From positions 5,557-69,556 of the IMG/VR virus record IMGVR_UViG_3300011805_000010: 64,000 bases of DNA. One strand, 5' to 3'. The DNA is from a virus. Taxonomy: Duplodnaviria; Caudoviricetes. Positions 56,536 through 64,000 of this stretch are shown in pieces. The translations under genes were made by a program, and so were the position numbers. The notes beneath the pieces were generated by a model, which worked only from the letters and a program-made list of their open reading frames with translations, ran no database searches and was not told the DNA's origin. Within the stretch, counting starts at the first letter, position 1. Each line of letters begins with the position of its first letter.

Positions 56536-58278
56536 TTGGCTTTAGAATTGCATAACACAGAAAATCCCATTAGTAATGCTGAACGATTGAAGCTTAATGA
56601 GAACTGGCAACGAATTACATCCGGTTATAGTTATCTGCAACAACAAATCAAAGTGTTGGCGGGTGGTAAAGAAGTTGACGAATTGTTACAGCGACTAGAT
56701 GACGCGGTAGAAAATGCAAATAAAGCGGTGCAACAAGCGATTGAAACAAATAAAAAGTCAACACAAGAAGCACTGGAAGCAAACAATACGGCATTGCAAC
56801 AGGCACTGAATACGGTCTCGCAAACGCTTGATGGTATGAAAAAGACGATTGCGGATGCAAATACTGCTAAAAACCAAGCAAATAAAGCGAAACAAGGTGC
56901 ATTAGATGCCACACAGCAAGTTCAAACAGCTCTTAATACAATGCAGTCACTCATTGATAACATGGTTCCAAAAGGCACGTGGAATAATACAACGCAATAT
57001 AATAAAAACAATTTGGTTTTCTATAATGGCTCTACCTTTATCGCATTACAGGATAACGTTGGAAAAGTGCCACCTAGAAATCGTACTGAGAAGAGTGCTA
57101 TTTGGTCATTGTTTGCGGAAAAAGGGGCTAGAGGCGAGAGAGGGGAAAAGGGCGAAAAAGGTGCTGACGGTAAAGATGGTACAGGCGTAACGATTATAGG
57201 TAGTCTACCAAATGAAAGCGCATTACCCTCAACAGGTTCACCTGGAGATGCTTATACGATTAATGGAGATCTTTTTGTATGGCAAGTAAACTTGAATACA
57301 TGGAAAAATGTCGGGCCCATCCAAGGCCCTCAAGGGAAATCAGCATACGAACTAGCTGTAGAAAATGGCTTTCAAGGAACGATGAAACAATGGATTGAAT
57401 CTTTAAAAGGGAGTCGAGGTCCACAAGGCCCACCAGGACCACAGGGACCGCCAGGAGAAACACCTGATTTATCAAATTTCAATCAGCAAATTAGCGCATT
57501 ACAAACAAAAGTTAATAACCAGATTAAAAAATCTACTCTGCATCCACATTTCGTAAGGGAGAAGCAAGATGCTAACGGAACCTATAATTTAACGATTCCA
57601 GGTATCACAAAATATGTACCCGGGCTACAAATTCTTCTAGAACCAACAGAAGATAATAAGAAAGGGAAAGTAAAATTCAATATCAATAATCTTGGTCCTA
57701 AAGATGTAAGCTTTCAAAATCGACGCGATGAAGGGCAGGATCCTGTTATTTATATTGATAGTGCTGAGACATTACAATCGTACAAAGTTTATGAATTTGT
57801 CTATAATGGCAGGGATTTTAATGTGATAGGTATGCCGTTTGTTACGCATCATCCTGAACTTGGATTCTTTGATAACATGCCTGTATCAGCAAAAGCTGTA
57901 CGTGAATTAAATGGATTAAAGGCGAACAAGAAGCTACCTAGCAGCGTCCAATGTACGCTCGAAGCTGGCTGGAGTCATCAACGGGATACTCCTTTAACCT
58001 ATTTCAAAGACGATTTTGGCATTGTGCATGTTCAAGGGCAAATCCTTAAAACAGGAACCCCAACACATAATGTATGTACAGTATTGCCAGTTGGATTTAG
58101 ATCACGAAGTGATGTGGATAGACGGGAGGAAGTAGTTGCCATAGGGTACAAGTTTAATAATAGAGCAGTGAATGTTCCACCAATAGTAACGAAGCTTACA
58201 ATAGAACGCTCTGGTTTTATCCATTGTGATACCCAATTGGACAAGATTGCAATGGCATTTTCATTTAGGACAGATTAG
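56536..58278 (+). CDS. baseplate/tail fibre protein with coiled coil and collagen-like G-X-Y repeats
   Basis: GARGERGEKGEKG and GPQGPPGPQGPPG; start probably 56527 or 56536. Confidence 0.8.
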   Translation: MALELHNTENPISNAERLKLNENWQRITSGYSYLQQQIKVLAGGKEVDELLQRLDDAVENANKAVQQAIETNKKSTQEALEANNTALQQALNTVSQTLDGMKKTIADANTAKNQANKAKQGALDATQQVQTALNTMQSLIDNMVPKGTWNNTTQYNKNNLVFYNGSTFIALQDNVGKVPPRNRTEKSAIWSLFAEKGARGERGEKGEKGADGKDGTGVTIIGSLPNESALPSTGSPGDAYTINGDLFVWQVNLNTWKNVGPIQGPQGKSAYELAVENGFQGTMKQWIESLKGSRGPQGPPGPQGPPGETPDLSNFNQQISALQTKVNNQIKKSTLHPHFVREKQDANGTYNLTIPGITKYVPGLQILLEPTEDNKKGKVKFNINNLGPKDVSFQNRRDEGQDPVIYIDSAETLQSYKVYEFVYNGRDFNVIGMPFVTHHPELGFFDNMPVSAKAVRELNGLKANKKLPSSVQCTLEAGWSHQRDTPLTYFKDDFGIVHVQGQILKTGTPTHNVCTVLPVGFRSRSDVDRREEVVAIGYKFNNRAVNVPPIVTKLTIERSGFIHCDTQLDKIAMAFSFRTD

Positions 58279-58291
58279 GGAGGAGTTCCTT

Positions 58292-58606
58292 GTGCGTAAG
58301 CAAGTTTATCAAGTGGATAGCGACGGGTTTATTGAGGAAGTGTTTTTAGGCGAATTTGACGATGAGGGTCATTTGATTAATCCAATTGGTGAATTTGTCA
58401 CGACAGATTTACCACAACCTTTACCGTTCTATCGACCGAGATGGGATGGGGCTCAATGGGTTGAAGGTGCAACAGAAGAAGAAATAGCGAAGCATAAAGA
58501 ACAACAATTAATTGAGAATTTAAACCCGTCATGGGAAGAAATACTGGATGCTAATTTAGAAATCAAAATTCTTACTATGTTAATAGAAATGGAGGTAATC
58601 GAGTAA
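58292..58606 (+). CDS. tail fibre-associated small protein
   Basis: FYRPRWDGAQWVEGAT motif. Confidence 0.7.
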   Translation: MRKQVYQVDSDGFIEEVFLGEFDDEGHLINPIGEFVTTDLPQPLPFYRPRWDGAQWVEGATEEEIAKHKEQQLIENLNPSWEEILDANLEIKILTMLIEMEVIE

Positions 58607-58788
58607 TGGAGAAACATTTAGAAGGATTGACTCTTGTGCAAAAACGATTGGTGAAAGCCTATGCAACGAGCATTACGGGAGAGGTTCGTACGGTTAAAGA
58701 TGTGAAACCGGAGGCGTTGCAGAGATATGTTGAGTTAGAAATTGCGGAACGGGAAATTGCTGCATTAAAAGGTGCCAAAAGCAGCTAG
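58606..58788 (+). CDS. small phage protein
   Basis: coupled start; followed by a terminator at ~58805-58833. Confidence 0.65.
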   Translation: MEKHLEGLTLVQKRLVKAYATSITGEVRTVKDVKPEALQRYVELEIAEREIAALKGAKSS

Positions 58789-58885
58789 TGAATTTCAATT
58801 TAGGAAGTATCCTCTCTTGAGGATGCTTTTTCTTTTGCTTGAAAGGATGTGGGCCTATGAAATTCATGTTTGTTGGTGATAAAGC

Positions 58886-60625
58886 ATGCTAGTCGTTACA
58901 AACTTCGCAGGTAATCAAACAGAGCCTTTTTTCACAACATCTGCACCAATACTCGAACAAGATACGCAAGGCAATTTAACGCTTGAATTTACAGTCAATA
59001 AATCAAATAACGAAGCTGGATTTAATCTTCTTCAAGAAGAATCGATTGTTAGGGCCGCTAATTATGATTTTCGAGTAAAGCAAATTATTGATGATAAACC
59101 AGGACGAAAAACCATCCTTGCCATTTCAACATTTTTTGATTTAGCCTATCAGTTTAAAGATAAAACTTTTGGTGGTACTCATAGCAGTCAGGAGTTTGTG
59201 AACTACTTGTTTGCTGGTACAGGTTGGACAGCGAAAATAGATTTTACGGAAACTGCAATCATCTATAAATTTGGTTCTAAAAACATCATCCAGTGTGTGA
59301 ATCAAATCTGTGATGCCTTCAATTGTGAATTTGAGATATTACCGAATAATCGAGTGCATTTTAGTAAAACACTTGGACCGGACAATGGTGCACAGTATCG
59401 CTATGGTCATAACATCAAAGCGCTTAGCCGAAAGATTGATACAACGCATCTACGAACAAAAATTACGGCCACAGGTAAAGAAGATTTAACCGTGACTTAT
59501 ACTTCTCCAAATCACACAATATGGGGTATCCGTATCGCTGATCCAATTAGTGACGAGCGATTTACAAATGCAGATAACCTATTGAAAAAGGCTAAGGATG
59601 CCCTTATTGATTATCCAGAAGTATCGTTTGAGCTCGATACAATCGAATTATTAGATAAACAGTTAGGTGAGAAGGTATGGCTGATTTACGAGCCGATTGA
59701 TGGGATAGAGCTACAGACTCGAATTCTCAAACGCATTTGTATAGTAGACGAGGTTACAGACGAGTTAAAGACAATTGCAGTCACACTAGGCAACGCATTA
59801 CCTCGTACTATGTCAGATAACGAGGTTGATACGGAAGAGGTTATTGCAGAGACAAAAGAAGAGCTAAGCGAAGTGATTGAGGAAAATAAAAAGGAATATA
59901 AGTCATCCATTACACAAACGGATAGCCGTATTACTCTTGAGGTAGAAAAACTCAATAAATCGATCGCATCTATTGATGTGAAAGCCGACCAGATTAGTCT
60001 ATCAGTGAGTAATCGCATCACAAATGAAGTAGCGGTGATTAATGTTCGTGCTAATCAAATACAGTCTACGGTCAGTGCTCAAGCTGTCCAGATACAAGGC
60101 ATTGGTACAAGAGTAGCCAATGCTGAATCGTCCATTACACAACAAGCTCATCAGATTTCACAGAAAGTATCGGTCACTGATTTTAACGGGAATACAATAT
60201 CCTCATTAATCAATCAAACGGCTACTTCGGTAAAAATTCGAGCGCAAAACATTGAGTTGCAGGGAGCTGTCAGAGTTCTTTCGGACATAAGTGGCAATTT
60301 GGGGACAATTCATGCTGGGAACATTCGTATTAAAGAAGATATTCACATGGGGAATAGACTTTACTTTAGTGATATGACATCTGTGGGAGGTGCAAATGGG
60401 ACGATTCAGTTAAGTGCTTGGAATGACATCGTATATAGCGGTTCACGTCACTCTTTTAATGGAACGGTTGATTTTAGTGGAGCAAGGGTCGTAGGACTAG
60501 GTGGTGGAGGAAATTATGTCAGCACCAACACCCTTGGTCTAGAAATTACACAAAGTACAAATAATTCTAGGACGATTGTCTTTAAACGATATGGCCGCGA
60601 TATTGGTACGATTACATTAAGATAA
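58886..60625 (+). CDS. tail-associated (Tal/endopeptidase-family) protein with a gp58-like C-terminal region
   Basis: YRYGHNIKAL..KIDTTHLRT, I.DERFTNADNL and SLINQTATSVKIRA motifs. Confidence 0.82.
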   Translation: MLVVTNFAGNQTEPFFTTSAPILEQDTQGNLTLEFTVNKSNNEAGFNLLQEESIVRAANYDFRVKQIIDDKPGRKTILAISTFFDLAYQFKDKTFGGTHSSQEFVNYLFAGTGWTAKIDFTETAIIYKFGSKNIIQCVNQICDAFNCEFEILPNNRVHFSKTLGPDNGAQYRYGHNIKALSRKIDTTHLRTKITATGKEDLTVTYTSPNHTIWGIRIADPISDERFTNADNLLKKAKDALIDYPEVSFELDTIELLDKQLGEKVWLIYEPIDGIELQTRILKRICIVDEVTDELKTIAVTLGNALPRTMSDNEVDTEEVIAETKEELSEVIEENKKEYKSSITQTDSRITLEVEKLNKSIASIDVKADQISLSVSNRITNEVAVINVRANQIQSTVSAQAVQIQGIGTRVANAESSITQQAHQISQKVSVTDFNGNTISSLINQTATSVKIRAQNIELQGAVRVLSDISGNLGTIHAGNIRIKEDIHMGNRLYFSDMTSVGGANGTIQLSAWNDIVYSGSRHSFNGTVDFSGARVVGLGGGGNYVSTNTLGLEITQSTNNSRTIVFKRYGRDIGTITLR

Positions 60626-60638
60626 GGAGATATGTAGT

Positions 60639-60995
60639 ATGGAACAAAACTATTTTCTAATTTCAAATGAAGGAACAGCGTTCGCATTAGAGGGAAAAAT
60701 AGACTTAGTACAGATTCAAAAGGTCTTAAATACACCACAAACTGTAGCTGTGCGATTAGGCTGTAAAGTCGTGAGCAAGATTATGATCCATGCCGTTGCG
60801 AAAAACGAATGTTCCGACATGGAGGAATATAATTTAGGCATCACAGTTGGACAAAGTAAGCTTCGTACGAATGCGGCAGATGTAGAAAAGGTATTAGATG
60901 CATTAGAAGCTGATATTAACAAAATGGAATATGTCATGATAAATGACGCAATGTTAATTTTTAAACATGCTTTTCAGGTGGCTGAGGCGGAATAA
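60639..60995 (+). CDS. phage hypothetical protein
   Basis: AAGGAG RBS; last gene of the tail block. Confidence 0.7.
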   Translation: MEQNYFLISNEGTAFALEGKIDLVQIQKVLNTPQTVAVRLGCKVVSKIMIHAVAKNECSDMEEYNLGITVGQSKLRTNAADVEKVLDALEADINKMEYVMINDAMLIFKHAFQVAEAE

Positions 60996-61100
60996 ATAAC
61001 AAGAACGCAAGCATAAGCTTAGCGTTATTTTATTGTCAAAAAGGTTTAGAGGGAAATCTCTTTTTTTATCGAATTGAGTCCAAAAGGGAGTGGATAAATA

Positions 61101-61355
61101 TTGAATAAAGTCTCAACTAAATCATTAATTGAGCTTATTAACGATTTAAAACTAAGTGCAAAAGACAACGGAAAGGTTTATTTAATACTAACAGCTCAAG
61201 AATTACACGATATTATTGGTAGCTACCCAAATGGAAATACAAGGTTTCCTATGGTCTGCAATGCGATGTTTAAAAGTATGAAAGAAGGAGATAAAGTTTT
61301 AGATACATCTCCTAGTAAACAAACCAATAAGACTAAAATTATGTATTTTTTATAG
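61101..61355 (+). CDS. 84-aa hypothetical moron protein
   Basis: GGGAG RBS; IGSYPNGNTRFPMVCNAM motif. Confidence 0.65.
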   Translation: MNKVSTKSLIELINDLKLSAKDNGKVYLILTAQELHDIIGSYPNGNTRFPMVCNAMFKSMKEGDKVLDTSPSKQTNKTKIMYFL

Positions 61356-61439
61356 CATTCTTATTCAAATTTGCTTTTTATAAGGCTTTTCACAATCTTC
61401 TGTGGAGGGCTTTTATTATGCAAAAAAGGGAGGGGTTAT

Positions 61440-61856
61440 ATGAAAACAGACACATTATATACATCGCTCGTAGGCGGCTCCATGGCAGGGGTCGCTTATT
61501 TTGTTGGTGGGATTGACCATTTAATTAAAGCACTCACTATCTTTATGACGATTGATTATATCTTAGGCATTATGGTTGCTTATGTTGTGAAAAACGTTGA
61601 TAGCAGAAAAGCTTTAATCGGACTGTTTAAAAAAGTGGCAATGATTTTGATGGTCATCGCTGCAGTGCAACTAGACTTAGCAACAGAGAGCGGGAACTTT
61701 ATGCGGAATGCCATGATTCTCTTTCTGATTGGTATGGAAGGCATCAGTATGATTGAGAATCTTGGAAAGCTAGGGTTGAAAGTACCGAAGTTTTTAACAA
61801 ACGCTTTTAAGCAACTTCAAAATGACAATGATGATAAAAAGGATGATAAACAATGA
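61440..61856 (+). CDS. holin (phage holin family 4-like)
   Basis: IDYILG and EGISMIENLGKLG motifs. Confidence 0.88.
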   Translation: MKTDTLYTSLVGGSMAGVAYFVGGIDHLIKALTIFMTIDYILGIMVAYVVKNVDSRKALIGLFKKVAMILMVIAAVQLDLATESGNFMRNAMILFLIGMEGISMIENLGKLGLKVPKFLTNAFKQLQNDNDDKKDDKQ

Positions 61857-62518
61857 GCGTCACAACAACATGTCGAGATCTTGCCGAATTACTACCAGTG
61901 GCTCAAACAGCGTGCAGATTGTTATTTCAACAGTGCTATAAAGCAGGTATTCAAAATATCTTCATTACGGAAACTTACCGTTCGCAAGCACGGCAAAATT
62001 ATCTATATGCACAAGGAAGATCAAGACCAGGGAAAATTGTAACGTGGACACTCTCAAGCAATCACACTTCACGTTTAGCATGGGACATTGCCGTAGCCCC
62101 TCCTAAAAACTTATATGATGTAGATACATTAACAAAAGTCGGGGCAATCGCTCGTAAGTTAGGTATTACATGGGGTGGAGATTGGACACGCAGAATCGAT
62201 CGTCCTCATTTTGAAGTGAAACACAATTGGAAGATACCAAGAGGATACAAATTAGAAGGACAAGTATTCGTGCCGAGCAACAGTAAATTGAAAGTTCAAT
62301 TAATTGTGAAAGACAAGAAGGAGGAAATCAAAGTGAGTAATCCTATTTGGGATCCTGGTTCACCAGCGATGAGAGCGGAGACTGAAAACTTTATTGCACA
62401 GGCAGTGAAGGAGGGGATTATTAATGCTTCACATTTAAAGGATTTACAAAATGGCGTGATGACAACGGATCGATTAATTGGGTTGTATATTACAATACAA
62501 CAACGTCGTAATAAATAA
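61853..62518 (+). CDS. endolysin, M15 peptidase
   Basis: same catalytic motifs as the lysin at 11368; different C-terminal domain. Confidence 0.92.
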   Translation: MSVTTTCRDLAELLPVAQTACRLLFQQCYKAGIQNIFITETYRSQARQNYLYAQGRSRPGKIVTWTLSSNHTSRLAWDIAVAPPKNLYDVDTLTKVGAIARKLGITWGGDWTRRIDRPHFEVKHNWKIPRGYKLEGQVFVPSNSKLKVQLIVKDKKEEIKVSNPIWDPGSPAMRAETENFIAQAVKEGIINASHLKDLQNGVMTTDRLIGLYITIQQRRNK

Positions 62519-62524
62519 AATAGT

Positions 62525-62563
62525 AAGACCGCACTACCACTGATTATTGTGGGGGCGGTCTCT
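62525..62563. terminator. terminator between the lysin and the convergent moron
   Basis: AGACCGC...GCGGTCT hairpin. Confidence 0.6.
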
Positions 62564-62566
62564 TGA

Positions 62567-64000
62567 TTAATACTCTCTTACTTCAAATGAAGCAATCTTG
62601 TCGTGTACAATATATTCAGTTACTTTTTTATAAGGTGAGATGGTTTTTGTGAATTTGAAAGTAGACGTACCTTGAGCACTTTCAAACCAATTCAAGTAAT
62701 TATTTAAAACGGTATTAGTAACATCATATTCTTTTGTAATACCATTTACTAAAGTAATACTAAGGATAGCACTAGAAGATTCACTAGTTGGTTTTTTAAC
62801 AATAACAGTGCTAGTAGCTATAATATCAGTGTTTTCTATTTTTGCAGTAATGATTGCAGTTCCTTCACGAATAGCTGTCACATTTCCGTTTTGATCTACG
62901 GTCGCAATAGCGTTGTTGCTTGATGACCAGATTACTTTTGCTGTGTCTGGAGTCACCGTAACTGTTAATTTATCTTGACTTCCTTCTAGTAGTTCTAAAT
63001 TATTCTTGTCTAAAGTGATTGATTCAACACTAGGAACTTCATTTTCATCTAATAATTTCCCGTCGACATCAATAGCATCTAGTATAGTTATGCCAGTAGA
63101 TGATGTACTTATTATAACGTTATGCTCACCATTAACTAATCCCAATTTTTCATATATAAAAGTTTGCCATTGAAGCGACGTGTTTCTTAAACTGAATTTT
63201 TCAGATGAACCATCTATAGTTATAGTAACTTCTGTAGCTAAGTCATAATTTATTGGAGATATAATTCTTAGTTTAGTACCATAGAATTTAAATTTTATAG
63301 ATTCACCTGATTTAGTTGTTCTGTGATCAGAATAATTTGAAGAACTAGTGTATAGTGTCCAACCATTTGAATATTGGATAGCGGAATCTGTATTTTCAAA
63401 TCTATTCCAATCTTTTTCTGGTTGTGGTAAAGGACTTCCGATAGTGGTAATTATAGATCCGGATTCGTCTATATCGATAGCATCTACAATACTTATTCCT
63501 GTATTAGAGGTAGATATAGTTACATTATGTTTTCCTTGAGTTAACCCAATCTTTTCGTATACAAGTGTCTGCCATTGAAGGCTTGTCCCTCTAATACTAA
63601 AATTCTCTACTACGTCGTCAATAGTAATTGTCATTTCAGATGATAGATTGTGGTTTAACGGAGAAATAATTCTTAATTTAGTACCTTCAAAAGTAAAAGT
63701 TAATGTTTGCTCACCGACTGTTGTTCTATGGTCATACCCACCAAAAGCAGAAGATGTTCCGTATTTTTCCCACCCACTAGAATATTTTAAAGCGGGGAAG
63801 GTATCATCGAATCTTTTCCAACCTTTTTCTGGATTTAGGAGTTGCTGCCCAATTTGTGTATTGCTATCAAGATTGTTATTTTGATTAGTTACTACTTTTT
63901 GATAATCCACAGCTTCTTCAGCTGAAGCACTTGCCATACTAAAGCTACATAGCATTAAAAGCATTAATGTTATATAGATTTTTTTTAATAAATTAATCAC
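62567..64000 (-). CDS. secreted/surface protein: signal peptide, two tandem ~120-aa beta-sandwich repeats, Big_2 Ig domain
   Basis: AxA signal motif; repeats share W.RF...Y..GW, GTKLRIISP and LQWQT; VIWSSSNNAIATVDQNGNVTA. Confidence 0.82.
   Translation of the reverse strand: MINLLKKIYITLMLLMLCSFSMASASAEEAVDYQKVVTNQNNNLDSNTQIGQQLLNPEKGWKRFDDTFPALKYSSGWEKYGTSSAFGGYDHRTTVGEQTLTFTFEGTKLRIISPLNHNLSSEMTITIDDVVENFSIRGTSLQWQTLVYEKIGLTQGKHNVTISTSNTGISIVDAIDIDESGSIITTIGSPLPQPEKDWNRFENTDSAIQYSNGWTLYTSSSNYSDHRTTKSGESIKFKFYGTKLRIISPINYDLATEVTITIDGSSEKFSLRNTSLQWQTFIYEKLGLVNGEHNVIISTSSTGITILDAIDVDGKLLDENEVPSVESITLDKNNLELLEGSQDKLTVTVTPDTAKVIWSSSNNAIATVDQNGNVTAIREGTAIITAKIENTDIIATSTVIVKKPTSESSSAILSITLVNGITKEYDVTNTVLNNYLNWFESAQGTSTFKFTKTISPYKKVTEYIVHDKIASFEVREY

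Larger units (their letters stand above)
13880..64000. mobile_element. Element B: near-complete siphovirus prophage (right end outside window)
   Basis: integrase, switch, replication, packaging, head, tail and lysis modules in canonical order. Confidence 0.93.

Noticed and set aside
57121-57460. Collagen-like G-X-Y repeats as a eukaryote-like acquisition
   Set aside because: Common in Bacillaceae phage tail fibres.

Overview
AT-rich Bacillaceae DNA; a Lysinibacillus-like host is my inference from remembered protein similarity. The window is made almost entirely of two tandem prophage elements. Element A (1 to ~13.9 kb) is a decayed remnant. It has an ArpU pseudogene, a small tyrosine recombinase, an accessory block (XRE, ImmA/IrrE, a 53-aa ORF behind an RNA switch, an HD-domain/Hsp90-ATPase fusion), terS, and a lambda-type terL broken after ~70 codons. 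Most of its head-tail module is replaced by unrelated genes, followed by tail-end fragments, holins, an M15 endolysin and a RelA/SpoT-domain moron. A probable att junction lies at ~13.74-14.0 kb. Element B (~13.9 kb to beyond 64 kb) is a near-complete siphovirus: integrase, XRE/ImmA, a three-gene Lamassu (ABC-3C) system, cI/cro switch, antirepressor, recombination and replication genes, Dam-like methylase, RinA-like activator, a divergent darT/darG pair, PBSX-type terminase with an inserted solo hicB, SPP1-like portal/gp7, a second cI/cro/antirepressor switch plus cargo genes inside the head module, head-tail genes, holin and M15 endolysin. The most intriguing unexplained signals are: (i) about nine TTYAACTAAM-N(5-7)-KTTAGTTRAA inverted-repeat sites bounding small cargo genes like gene cassettes; (ii) an antisense-RNA/alternative-hairpin switch gating a 53-aa ORF behind XRE-ImmA; (iii) a P22 immI-like second switch whose repressor shares a C-terminal domain with two other repressors; (iv) a 678-bp non-autonomous TIR element with an 11-bp target duplication; (v) internal RBS plus start codon in both endolysins. 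No CRISPR array, tRNA or rRNA was seen.
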